DNA from: Bradymonadia bacterium
Lineage (GTDB): Bacteria > Myxococcota_A > Bradymonadia > REDH01
Direction of reading: 5' to 3'
Assembly: GCA_047610025.1 (NCBI GenBank)
Contig: JBLFZA010000001.1
Location: 1-54,779, forward strand
DNA: 54,779 nucleotides
Shown here in pieces: positions 35,994-45,109 of the stretch. Each line of letters begins with the position of its first letter. The first letter of the stretch is position 1. A program made the position numbers and the translations under genes. Below the pieces are notes generated by a model that did not search any database, was not told the origin of the DNA, and saw nothing but the letters and a program-made list of their open reading frames with translations.

Positions 35994-38900
35994 TGGAAGC
36001 CTCCAGCTTCGTTGTCTCGACAGAGGGCCGGAGGAGCACATTGATCCCCGCGCTCAGTGGGATCGCAGACGGTATCGAGCGGGAGCTGTGTGGCACACAT
36101 TCCAGAGCCGTCGCAGTAGTCGCCCGCTTCGCAGTCGAAGCTGAACGAGCAGCCGCTGTCCTCCGGCGTCCAGCACGCGATGCCGTCAAATTCGTCGTCT
36201 CGACACTCAAGGTCCTGCAAACATTGAATCGCTGACAGGCCTAACGTGCACGCGTCTCCTTCGGCACTTCGCGGCTCGCACAGGCCGACGCTGCACCACT
36301 CGCCGTCGACACAGTCTGAGTTGGCAAAACACGAGCCAACCTGAACGCATCGCCTACTCGCGTCCGGAAGCTCGGCACAGAAGTAGCCGAAGTCACAGGC
36401 GCCCTCCGCTGGGTTATCTGTGCAGGCATCGCCGGGAGCGAGTCGTGCGCGACAGGTCGCGCCCGGCAGCGGCGTCAAGTCTGGAGCCAGTGGGCTGCAC
36501 ACCGCGCCAAGTTCACAGCGTGGATTCTCTTCGCACGAGTCGCCGATTGCGATCGTTTCGTCGGGCGGAGAACAGACATCCCCTGGCCCGTCTACCGCGG
36601 GAATGCAGACGAACCCCGGCACACACTGCCGTGTCGTTTCAGACGAGTAGCAGGGTTGGCCAATGCTGCCCGCTCGCGCACATTCGCCGAGTCCGCCGAC
36701 AGAGTAGCCGACACAGTCGGTGTTGCTGGGACACGTGACCACCGCGTTGTCGCAGGGGTCACCCTCCGCCGCGACCGGGTTCAGGCATCGCCCTCCATCG
36801 AGCGGTATTATGGCACACAAAAGGTCCGCGACGCAGCTCTCGGCAACTCCGGGTGCGCAGGTCTCGCCTAGCTCGGCCTGAGCGACGCACTCGCGATCGA
36901 GACACGTCAAGCCCAACGCGCATTCGGATTCGAGGGGGGGGCCACATTCGTCACCTTCCGCCAACTCGCTAGGGGTGCAGACGAGCGCCGCAGCGTCGCA
37001 AACGAGATCTGGCAAGCAGTTCGAATCGAAGAGGCATCCAGTGCCGCGATCGCCCAGTGAGCGCCCGGTCACGGCGAGACTTCCGCTACCCGTGCCCTCC
37101 GCCACTTCGACAAATACAAACACACGCTCGCCTTCACGCAGGACCGACGACACCTCGGCGCCGCCGTCTACCGACACACTGCACTCGAGCTCGGTCGCGG
37201 AGCGCTCACACGAGCGTCGAGTGTAGATAACGGCGGAGTCTGCGCCTGCGCTTGCGCGGAAGCGGTAGGCTCCGGGCCCGGGCGCGCTGAACTCAAAGAC
37301 GGCGTCGGTGAGTCCGCCAGGACCGCAGCTGCCGGTCGAGGTGTTGACGGAGTCTGTGGTGTCGAACCCGACCAGGATGCCTCGGTCGCCGAAGACATCT
37401 CCGCTGTCCGGTCCGAGAACGTTCGGCGAGCCACAGCTCCCAGTCCCAGCGAATTCACAGGCGCCGATGCCGTTACAGAAGAGGCCGGGGCCGCAGCGAG
37501 AAGATTCGCCATCGACATCGCAGAGCTCAGCTTCGCCCGCGATGGGGATCTCCCGCACCATGAGGTCTAACGGCCCGTTCGCGCCGATAAACAGCAGAAT
37601 CGGCTCACCGGGAGCGGCGGGGGTCTCGAGCGTCGCACCTAACCCTGTGACAGCCTGGGCGCATCCGAGTTCGCCGAATGTTTCGCCACAGGTTTCGCCG
37701 AGCGCGATGACGATGTCAGCGTCGACGGTGGAGCTGCTGGCAGAGAATTCGATCCACGCCGCCGCCGCCGGTTGGTACGTCAGGTAGATTCCGCTCGGCA
37801 CGTCACCGCAGAGTAGGTCCGGCGCAGGAGCCGCCAGAACGCTCGTCGACCAGGCCCCGCCTCCCCCATCAACCGGAGTAAGACGGATTTGCAGGTCCGC
37901 CGGATTCAAGCAGCCGGTGCCGGCGATGGCCTCGCAGATATTGCCGAGGCACTCCAGAGAAGTGTCGCAGCTGAGCAGGCCGTCCAGCGGGTCACCGCAC
38001 GCTTCCCCCAAACCTGCGAGATCAGCCTCGGGGAGAGTGCAAGTGGCATCCAGGCAGAGCGTGCTGATCTCGCAGTACACGTCGAACTCTCCGCTGATGC
38101 ACGCGTCACCAAGAGTCGCGATTGCCCCCACCGGTTGTGCCTCGATCACGACAATCCCCTGGGAGGTCCGCGCAGAGTCCATGGAGAAGACGTATGTGGT
38201 CCCGGCCTCAAGCGAGACGAGGACCGCGCCGCGGTCACCCACACCGTCCGTTGCCGAGCACGCCAATTCATCCTCCGGCGCGCAGCTGGTCCCGACGCTG
38301 ACTGTGACGGGGATGTTCGTACCGCGTCCATTAGCGTTGATCAGCCAGATGCCCGAACTCGGAGGCACGAACTCGACCGCGACATCGAAGCCTTCGCGAT
38401 CGATGCAGGTCGGGACACGGTCATCGAGCGCTGTCGCGTTGAGACTGAATTGGAACCGCAGTCCGTCACCTGAGGTGACCGCCCCGGCGTTGAAGTCCTG
38501 TACCGCGAGTTCGCCGAGACACCGATCGGTCGTGCAGTTCGCCCGGCAACGCTCGCCGCCATCGCACTCCTCATCGGTATCCAGCACGCTGTCGCCGCAG
38601 CCTGCGATTTGGCAATCCAACCGGCACGCGTCGGCGTCGGTGTCGCTGTTGGTGTCGCCGTCATCACACGACTCACCGGCATTGAGTTCACCGTCTCCGC
38701 ATTCGCCAGCAGGGCAGAACTGGACGCAGTCGGGATCATCGCAGTCCGTGCGACCGTCGCCGTCGTTGTCGATGCCGTCATCGCAGACCTCGACCGACGG
38801 TGGACACAGTACGTCGTTGTCCGCGCAGTCATCGTCTTCGCAATCCACCAGACCGTCGTCGTCGTTGTCGACACCATCATCACAAACTTCAATCTCTGGC

Positions 38901-39439
38901 GCGCAGCCTGCATCAGCATCACAGTCGGCGTCTGCGCAGTCGGTGTTACCGTCGCCGTCGTTATCGACGCCGTCTCCGCAGTCCTCGTCAGTCAGGGTCT
39001 CGCAGGCGGGTTCTGCCGCACAGTCGGTGTCATCACAATCTGCGTTGCCATCGCCGTCGTTGTCGACGCCGTCGTCACAGAGTTCGATCGCCGCAGTCTC
39101 TGTTGCGCAGATTGCTGAGCAGCCATCGCCGCTCACGGTGTTGCCATCGTCACAGGCCTCGTCGCCCGCGACGACATCGTCGCCACACATCGTAGCGCAG
39201 ATGATCTGGCCACCGAGTTCGGAGCACGTCCAGCCGGCTTCTGATGTACACGTGAGGGAGCACCCATCGCCTGGGAAGGCGTTACCATCATCGCACGTCT
39301 CGTCGCCTTCGACAGCGCCGTCACCGCACGTGGGATCCGGTTCGGAGTCCCCGCAGGCCGCAAACACGGCGACAGAGCACAAGAGCAAGAGGCGCAGCAG
39401 GCAGGCTTGAGTCAATGTCATCTTCATCTTTCGATTCAC
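35981..39439 (-). CDS. 1152-aa cysteine-rich exported lipoprotein
   Basis: Signal MNRKMKMTLTQACLLRLLLLCSVAVFAAC. Contains CGDG..E.CDDGN..DGC repeats, four C.DG.DNDGDG..DC.D.DC modules, three Cys-framed beta-sandwich-like modules and ~10 C-terminal four-Cys repeats (G[DE].C....C..gl.C....C). Confidence 0.9.
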   Translation of the reverse strand: MNRKMKMTLTQACLLRLLLLCSVAVFAACGDSEPDPTCGDGAVEGDETCDDGNAFPGDGCSLTCTSEAGWTCSELGGQIICATMCGDDVVAGDEACDDGNTVSGDGCSAICATETAAIELCDDGVDNDGDGNADCDDTDCAAEPACETLTDEDCGDGVDNDGDGNTDCADADCDADAGCAPEIEVCDDGVDNDDDGLVDCEDDDCADNDVLCPPSVEVCDDGIDNDGDGRTDCDDPDCVQFCPAGECGDGELNAGESCDDGDTNSDTDADACRLDCQIAGCGDSVLDTDEECDGGERCRANCTTDRCLGELAVQDFNAGAVTSGDGLRFQFSLNATALDDRVPTCIDREGFDVAVEFVPPSSGIWLINANGRGTNIPVTVSVGTSCAPEDELACSATDGVGDRGAVLVSLEAGTTYVFSMDSARTSQGIVVIEAQPVGAIATLGDACISGEFDVYCEISTLCLDATCTLPEADLAGLGEACGDPLDGLLSCDTSLECLGNICEAIAGTGCLNPADLQIRLTPVDGGGGAWSTSVLAAPAPDLLCGDVPSGIYLTYQPAAAAWIEFSASSSTVDADIVIALGETCGETFGELGCAQAVTGLGATLETPAAPGEPILLFIGANGPLDLMVREIPIAGEAELCDVDGESSRCGPGLFCNGIGACEFAGTGSCGSPNVLGPDSGDVFGDRGILVGFDTTDSVNTSTGSCGPGGLTDAVFEFSAPGPGAYRFRASAGADSAVIYTRRSCERSATELECSVSVDGGAEVSSVLREGERVFVFVEVAEGTGSGSLAVTGRSLGDRGTGCLFDSNCLPDLVCDAAALVCTPSELAEGDECGPPLESECALGLTCLDRECVAQAELGETCAPGVAESCVADLLCAIIPLDGGRCLNPVAAEGDPCDNAVVTCPSNTDCVGYSVGGLGECARAGSIGQPCYSSETTRQCVPGFVCIPAVDGPGDVCSPPDETIAIGDSCEENPRCELGAVCSPLAPDLTPLPGATCRARLAPGDACTDNPAEGACDFGYFCAELPDASRRCVQVGSCFANSDCVDGEWCSVGLCEPRSAEGDACTLGLSAIQCLQDLECRDDEFDGIACWTPEDSGCSFSFDCEAGDYCDGSGMCATQLPLDTVCDPTERGDQCAPPALCRDNEAGGFQCIP

Positions 39440-39466
39440 GAGCTAAGGAACCAGAGAAGGCAGGGA

Positions 39467-40858
39467 CTAATCGGTCACGAAGGTGTCGCTGATTACGACG
39501 CCGGCTCCGCTCACGGGCGACACACAAGGTGTAGACGCTCGCAACGTGCTGGCCGTGATGGCAATCGGATCCGAGACGGCCAGATCCGCACGGTACACCT
39601 GCACAGTGCCAGTGCGGCCGCTGCCAAAGACGAGGCCTGCCCCATCGCGGCGGACGTACGCGTCGCGCTCGGAGGGGCTGGACGTATAAGTCTGCATTTG
39701 ACCGGTCGTTATGTTGAGTCGGCGCAGCGCTGTGATGCCGTCGCCCGAGGCGACAGAGTAGAAGAGCAGTTCGCCCGTGGGGTCGATTCCGAACGCGCCG
39801 CGCATACCGGTTGCCGTGGTCAACTGGATCGGAGTGGCGCCGTCCGCGAGAGTGTCGATCGTGAAGACCTCGACGCCGCCGTCGGCGTCGGAGACATAAG
39901 CGAGGCGCCCATCGTTGATCCACCTCGGGTAGGTGTCCGCGGTGTCGTTGTCGGTGAGCGCGACGAGCTCGGGCGTCTCCGCGTTGACGTCGAACAAGTA
40001 GATCTCGTTGTCAGCGTCTTCGTCGCTGCGTCCGTTCAGAGCGATCTCGCCTCCGACGGGGGCCCACGAGAGATTCTCAAAGATCGTCAGCGGAGCGAGC
40101 GAAAACTCCTCCGGCTGCCCCGTCGTCACGTCGACAACGACCAAAGCACGCTCGGCGCTCAGTGTGAACGCAATGAACGCTAAGCGCGTCCCGTCGGGCG
40201 ACCAGGTCGGCGAGAACGTGCTGAGGTAGTCGGTGTCCGCGAAGAGCTGCCGGTCTTCGCCGCCGTCATGTGCCGTGATGAAGACTTGCTCGAGTGTGAG
40301 CGAGCTGGCCTGACGAATGAATGCCACCCAGGGGTTCTCCGCGAGAGGAACCACAACAGGGTACGGATCGGTTGGCCCCGTATCGGTCTCAGTGTCGGCG
40401 TCCTCTTCAACATCTGTTTCGGCGTCGGCGTCGGCATCGGTCTCCACGTCTGTGGTTTCAACGTCCGCCACGTCGGGGTCGATGGTGTCGGCGTCATCTG
40501 CGTCCGAGACGTCAGGCACCTCGGTGTCAGCGTCCTGTTCGACATCCCCGGGAACATCGGGCAGCACGTCATCGACGACATCAGTCGTGACATCGGGGAC
40601 AGTCACATCTTCCTCCGCGTCCGCGTCCGCGCCTGCGTCTAACCCAGTGGTGTCTGCCGCGTCGTCTTGCCCGCAGATGCCGAGAGCCGTGCACACTTGA
40701 CCGCTGTTGCAGTCGTCGTTCGACTCACAGGGGCAAATGAGAGTCGTGCACTCGGAGTCAGAGCCGCTGGTCGAGTCGCCACAGCCAATCGGCGCGATCA
40801 ACATCATGACAAGCGCGGGCAGAGAGAGCTGGCGGTACAATCGTGAAGTCATCGGCAA
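39467..40858 (-). CDS. TolB-like (PD40/WD40-like) beta-propeller lipoprotein with a ~100-aa poly-acidic linker
   Basis: Lipobox LIAPIGC and a small Cys knot. D/E/T/V-rich linker at aa 64-162. PD40-type repeats: FSPTWSPDGTRLAFIA, YPRWINDGRLAYVSD and others. Confidence 0.85.
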   Translation of the reverse strand: MPMTSRLYRQLSLPALVMMLIAPIGCGDSTSGSDSECTTLICPCESNDDCNSGQVCTALGICGQDDAADTTGLDAGADADAEEDVTVPDVTTDVVDDVLPDVPGDVEQDADTEVPDVSDADDADTIDPDVADVETTDVETDADADAETDVEEDADTETDTGPTDPYPVVVPLAENPWVAFIRQASSLTLEQVFITAHDGGEDRQLFADTDYLSTFSPTWSPDGTRLAFIAFTLSAERALVVVDVTTGQPEEFSLAPLTIFENLSWAPVGGEIALNGRSDEDADNEIYLFDVNAETPELVALTDNDTADTYPRWINDGRLAYVSDADGGVEVFTIDTLADGATPIQLTTATGMRGAFGIDPTGELLFYSVASGDGITALRRLNITTGQMQTYTSSPSERDAYVRRDGAGLVFGSGRTGTVQVYRADLAVSDPIAITASTLRASTPCVSPVSGAGVVISDTFVTD

Positions 40859-41051
40859 AGGGCGAAACGGCGAAGAAATGAGTGTTCATGCGCAGTCGCA
40901 CAACATCCATACGATACAGGCGTAAACGAATGCGTTGCAAGCCAACGGCACGTTATGACGTGGTTTTCTTTACGAAGGGTGGCTCTGGGCGCCCGTTTGC
41001 GCGCAATCGCCCGCTGAACGAGCGAAAATCACGCTAGCGGGAGGGCCAGTC

Positions 41052-41147
41052 TTAGGCCACGCGTTGGCGACGAGTACGGAGAACCATGCCAAGCGAGACC
41101 AAGACGAACCATAGGCTCGGCAGCGTGCCGGCAGAGGCGCTACATCC
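41052..41147 (-). other. MYXO-CTERM-type C-terminal sorting signal (Gly-Cys, hydrophobic helix, Arg cluster)
   Basis: GCSASAGTLPSLWFVLVSLGMVLRTRRQRVA* follows a long acidic linker. This matches the GC + TM + RRR layout of MYXO-CTERM as I recall it. Confidence 0.7.
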
Positions 41148-44100
41148 AGACTCGCTGCCTCCGCTGTCTTCGTCGCCGTTCTCCACTCCCCCCTCCGGGT
41201 TGTCCGCCTCGCCGGTATCTGCGCCTGCGGAGTCAGCGTCGGGCACCATGATGTCCGACTCGGCGTCTTCACCGCCGTCGTCCTGACCGGTATCGTCGGT
41301 CGTGCCGTCTTCAGCGTCCGGGGTCGGCGTGTCAGTCTGAACGTCGTCCGTAACGCCGTCTGGCGTGGCGTCGCTGTCCGCATCACCGCCAGCGTCCTCT
41401 TCGACATCCGGGCCAAAAGGCACAATCGCGCAGTCGAGGCCGCAAGCGCCGGGCTCATCGTTGTTGTCCGTGCCGTCGTCGCATTCCTCAGCGCCATCAA
41501 CGATGCTGTCGCCGCACGCGGGCACCCGGCAGTCCAAGCGGCAGACGTCTGGAAGGTCGTCGTTGTCGGCGCCCGCGTCACACTCCTCGTCGCTGTCGAG
41601 GATGCTGTCGCCGCAGTAGGGGAGGGTGCACATGGTTCGGCATGAGTCGCTCTCATCGGCATTCTCCGCCCCTTCATCGCACTCCTCTTCGCCGTTGATG
41701 ACACCGTCGCCGCAGCTTGGCGCAGCGCATTCGAACGAGCACGTCGCGGAGGGGTCATCGCTGTTCGCCTCACCCTCATCACAGGCCTCACCCACATCCA
41801 CGACGGCGTCGCCGCAGAATGGCAGCAGGCAGTCTGCACGGCAGGCGTCGCTGAACTCGTCGCTGTTATCGTCCGCGTCGTCGCACTCTTCGTCGGCGTC
41901 GATGACACCGTCTCCGCAGCTCGGAAGCGTGCAGCTCGTGCGGCACGCGTCGCCGACCTCGTCGTTGTTGAACAGGCCTTCGTCGCAGGCCTCGCCTGAA
42001 TCGACCACGCCATCGCCGCAGCCGGCCGGCATGCAGGTGGTGCGACAGCCGTCGGGCGAATTCCCGTTCGTTTCCCCCGCGTCACACATCTCGCCGGTAT
42101 CCACGATGCTGTCGCCACATCGCGGCAACTCGCAACCCGGGCGACACGCGTCGGCCGTCGCCTCATTCGCCGGGCCCTCATCGCACGCTTCATCTGGGTC
42201 CACGACGCCATCTCCACAGAACGGAGCGCTGCAATCCGTGCGGCACGCGCCCGGTGTGATGTCCGAGTTCTCGTCGCCATCGTCGCAGTCTTCGTCGCCT
42301 TCGGTCACGCCGTCGCCGCATTCAGGGCCAGGGACGGTGACGAGCAACTCGAAGTCTCCACAATCTCCTTCGTAGCCGCTGACGGCGAGGAAGACGGTTT
42401 GGTTGTCAATCAGCGTCGCTTGCAGCTCAGAGCGCCGCCCAACTGTGTCGTCGTTGCAGTCGATTTGGGAGCCCCCACAAGACTCGCTGAGCGTCAGCAC
42501 GGTGTCGAAGTCCGTCAGATCGGAGTCCGTCGTAAACGTGTAGGTGCCCGCTGTCGGGGCCGTGAACGCGATCGGGAACGCCGCGCCGTCTTCGCCGTCA
42601 CCGCAGTTGGGGGCATCCTCGAAGCCGAACTCACAGCTGTCGCCAACAAATGAGCCGATCGCGAAGTCGAGTGTCGCCGTCAACAGGCAGCCGTCGAACG
42701 CGCAGAGCGCGTTACAGCCATCGAACTCGACGTCGTTTCCGTCGTCGCAGGCTTCGCCTTCATCAACGGTCCCATCGCCGCATCGCGGCACATCTTCGAA
42801 CACGCAGTCCGCGTCGCAGCCGTCACCGTCATCGACGTTTCCGTCGTCGCACTGCTCGTCGGCTTCCAGCCGGGAGTTCCCGCATTCGTCTGTCGTGGCG
42901 AGCAGTTCGAAGACACCGCAATTGTTTTGGAATCCGTGTACAAAGACAATGACCGCTTCTCCGTCGTTCAGGTCCAACGACAAAAGCGATCGCGTGTCGT
43001 CGTCGTCCACATCGTCGTTGCAGTCGAGTTCGTCGCCGAGGCACTCCGAGCGCGAGTAGATGACGGTGTCCATGTCTGTCGCGTCGCCGAGCGTGTCAAA
43101 GCGGTAGGTACCCGCTTGCGGGGCGAGGAAGGCGAATGAACGCTCGAGGCTTGTCGCCGTGTCGTCACCGCATGTCGCGCCATTGTCAGAGTTCTCCCCA
43201 TCACAGCTGTCCAAGACAACCGGGCTGTTGAGCACGAGGACGGTATCTTCCGTCACGCAGCTGTCGGGCTCTTCCAACAGACAGAGCGCCGAACACCCAT
43301 CGTCGCTGTCGAGGTTACCGTCGTCACACTGCTCGCCGTCAGTCGTTTCGCCATCTCCACAAGGCGAGACGCTGACGTTAAGCCCGTAGTCGCCGCAGTT
43401 GGTGCGAAAGCCGGAGACGTACACGACGATCTCGTCGCCGCTGTCTAGCGTCAGGGAGAACGAGGACTCCTCGTCGGCGCCGGGTAAATCGGAGTCATCG
43501 TTGCACGCCAGCTCGTCTGCGCCGCAGGCCGTTCGAGCGTAGAGGACGGTGTCAAATTCGGTCGATTCGGACAGGGTGTCGAACGAGTACATGCCGTCGC
43601 GGGGTGCGATGAACAGGTAGCCATCGTCTCCACCGGAGGTGCCGTCTCCGCAGCTGGCCACACCATCGACGTCCGCTCCGTCGCACGTATCTCCGATCGT
43701 GGTGGTGCCAACCAACAACGAGAAGTCGTTCAGCGGACAGAGCTCTTGGCGACAGGTCGCGCTGCATCCGTCGCCATCTTCGACGTTACCGTCATCACAC
43801 GCTTCGTCGCCTTCGATGTCTCCGTTGCCGCATTCGACAACGCACGTGTTGCTGCAACCGTCGTTGGAGATGTCGTTTCCATCATCACAGAACTCATCGA
43901 GGCCGGGCTGAATGACGGCGTCGCCGCAGAACTCGGTGCTGCAAATCGCGCTGCATCCGTCCCCAGAGTCGAGGTTGTTGTCGTCGCACTCTTCGCCTTC
44001 ATCGGTCACGCCATCGCCACACGTCGCGCTGGCGCCGCACAGGCGCGCGCTTGGCCAATTCGCGTTGTTGCAGAGGTCGTCGATCGCTCGCCGGACGTAC

Positions 44101-45002
44101 GTGACGTCCTCCGCCGTCCCGCTGTCTTCTGCGAGCACCCGCACCCGGTTGCATCCGGCATCGTCGTCAAACGAGTAGTCCGTCGCGCCGCGGACGAGGA
44201 TTCCCACGAGCTCACGGGCGTCGTTGAACACGCCTGAGCCCGAGTTGCCGCCGAAGGTGTCGAGGGTGGCTTCGAAGTAGTCCAAGCTGTCGGGCCGCCC
44301 GTCGGTGACGACGCCTCCTTCGTCAACCTTGGCAGGAATGCCGCTTCCGAACCCGATGACGGTCAAGTCGCTGTCGGCGGGCAGCGCGACGTCCACCAAA
44401 TTCACGTTGGCAGGTGTTCTGCCGACGACTGGGCGGTCCAACTCAACGATGGCGTAATCTAGGGTGCCGGCATCGATGGTCACAACAACGGACTCGCATT
44501 CGTACACGTCGTCGGGATCGATCTCCTGCAGGTCGCCGTCGGCTTCGAAGTAGTAGTCGAAGACGTAGAGTTGCGAGCGACATTCGCCGAGGTCCTCGAC
44601 GCAGTGGCCAGCGGTCAGGACGAGGTTGTCATCGATGAGCGTGCCCGAGCAGTTGCCCATCGTCGGATCGTCGAGGAAGCGCTCGTCTGAGCAAAGTCCT
44701 CGAGAGTTTCCGAGCATGTTCCCGAGCGGTATCGCCGTGCCTGCGGGGTCGTCGTCAAAGGCCGTGACGTCGATATCATCCCGCAAAACGAGCGCGACAA
44801 TGGACTGATCGAGCAACGTCTGCAGCGCTGGGTCGGCAACCGCGTAATAGTCGGTGCGGTCATCGTCGCCGTAAACGACGGTCTGTTCCGCGCTGCGTTC
44901 GGCGCTCGGCTGCGAGCCATCGTGAGAGAGCTTGGTTCCTTCACAAGCGAGCAGAGCGGCGCATGCGCTCAACGAGAGAGCGGTCAGTCGAGCGATAGAC
45001 AT
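41052..45002 (-). CDS. Exported trypsin-like (S1 family) serine protease with 15 cysteine-rich repeats, three beta-sandwich modules and a C-terminal MYXO-CTERM sorting signal
   Basis: Signal MSIARLTALSLSACAALLAC. Catalytic triad context: CSGTLIDDNLVLTAGHC (His), DYAIVELD (Asp), GGNSGSGVF (Ser). I counted 15 CGD[GSA]...E.CD[DEA]G...C...C repeats. C-terminus: GCSASAGTLPSLWFVLVSLGMVLRTRRQRVA. Confidence 0.92.
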   Translation of the reverse strand: MSIARLTALSLSACAALLACEGTKLSHDGSQPSAERSAEQTVVYGDDDRTDYYAVADPALQTLLDQSIVALVLRDDIDVTAFDDDPAGTAIPLGNMLGNSRGLCSDERFLDDPTMGNCSGTLIDDNLVLTAGHCVEDLGECRSQLYVFDYYFEADGDLQEIDPDDVYECESVVVTIDAGTLDYAIVELDRPVVGRTPANVNLVDVALPADSDLTVIGFGSGIPAKVDEGGVVTDGRPDSLDYFEATLDTFGGNSGSGVFNDARELVGILVRGATDYSFDDDAGCNRVRVLAEDSGTAEDVTYVRRAIDDLCNNANWPSARLCGASATCGDGVTDEGEECDDNNLDSGDGCSAICSTEFCGDAVIQPGLDEFCDDGNDISNDGCSNTCVVECGNGDIEGDEACDDGNVEDGDGCSATCRQELCPLNDFSLLVGTTTIGDTCDGADVDGVASCGDGTSGGDDGYLFIAPRDGMYSFDTLSESTEFDTVLYARTACGADELACNDDSDLPGADEESSFSLTLDSGDEIVVYVSGFRTNCGDYGLNVSVSPCGDGETTDGEQCDDGNLDSDDGCSALCLLEEPDSCVTEDTVLVLNSPVVLDSCDGENSDNGATCGDDTATSLERSFAFLAPQAGTYRFDTLGDATDMDTVIYSRSECLGDELDCNDDVDDDDTRSLLSLDLNDGEAVIVFVHGFQNNCGVFELLATTDECGNSRLEADEQCDDGNVDDGDGCDADCVFEDVPRCGDGTVDEGEACDDGNDVEFDGCNALCAFDGCLLTATLDFAIGSFVGDSCEFGFEDAPNCGDGEDGAAFPIAFTAPTAGTYTFTTDSDLTDFDTVLTLSESCGGSQIDCNDDTVGRRSELQATLIDNQTVFLAVSGYEGDCGDFELLVTVPGPECGDGVTEGDEDCDDGDENSDITPGACRTDCSAPFCGDGVVDPDEACDEGPANEATADACRPGCELPRCGDSIVDTGEMCDAGETNGNSPDGCRTTCMPAGCGDGVVDSGEACDEGLFNNDEVGDACRTSCTLPSCGDGVIDADEECDDADDNSDEFSDACRADCLLPFCGDAVVDVGEACDEGEANSDDPSATCSFECAAPSCGDGVINGEEECDEGAENADESDSCRTMCTLPYCGDSILDSDEECDAGADNDDLPDVCRLDCRVPACGDSIVDGAEECDDGTDNNDEPGACGLDCAIVPFGPDVEEDAGGDADSDATPDGVTDDVQTDTPTPDAEDGTTDDTGQDDGGEDAESDIMVPDADSAGADTGEADNPEGGVENGDEDSGGSESGCSASAGTLPSLWFVLVSLGMVLRTRRQRVA
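41420..42320 (-). repeat. Nine back-to-back ~33-aa (99-bp) cysteine-rich repeat units
   Basis: The run goes from CGDGVTEGDEDCDDGDENSDITPGACRTDCSAPF to CGDSIVDGAEECDDGTDNNDEPGACGLDCAIV. Coordinates are approximate. Confidence 0.8.
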
Positions 45003-45109
45003 AAGTGGTTCTTAGAGGAACAGAGGGGGCCGAGTGCTGGTGGACAGGCGGCCCAATGGAGCGAGCAGACAACGAGCATCATCCGCGGGTTCTAACGTCT
45101 TCGGTGACG

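Noticed and set aside
37917-39410. 497-aa plus-strand ORF (Ser/Pro-rich) and neighbours such as 37889..38473 and 38609..39118
   Set aside because: They are antisense shadows of the 1152-aa Cys-rich gene in GC-rich DNA, with no domain signatures.
40970-42280. 436-aa minus-strand ORF (Arg/Thr/Ala/Cys-rich) overlapping the protease gene
   Set aside because: It is an out-of-frame shadow of the 1316-aa ORF within the 99-bp repeat array. Its composition is low-complexity with no motifs, whereas the protease frame has a signal peptide, catalytic triad and coherent repeats.
35981-45002. Giant proteins as RHS/YD-repeat or polymorphic-toxin loci, or the region as a secretion-system (T2SS/T6SS) locus
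   Set aside because: I saw no YD/RHS repeats, PAAR, VgrG, Hcp, immunity-gene-like small ORFs or C-terminal toxin modules. The only secretion-ATPase-like gene lies 30 kb away and is orphan.
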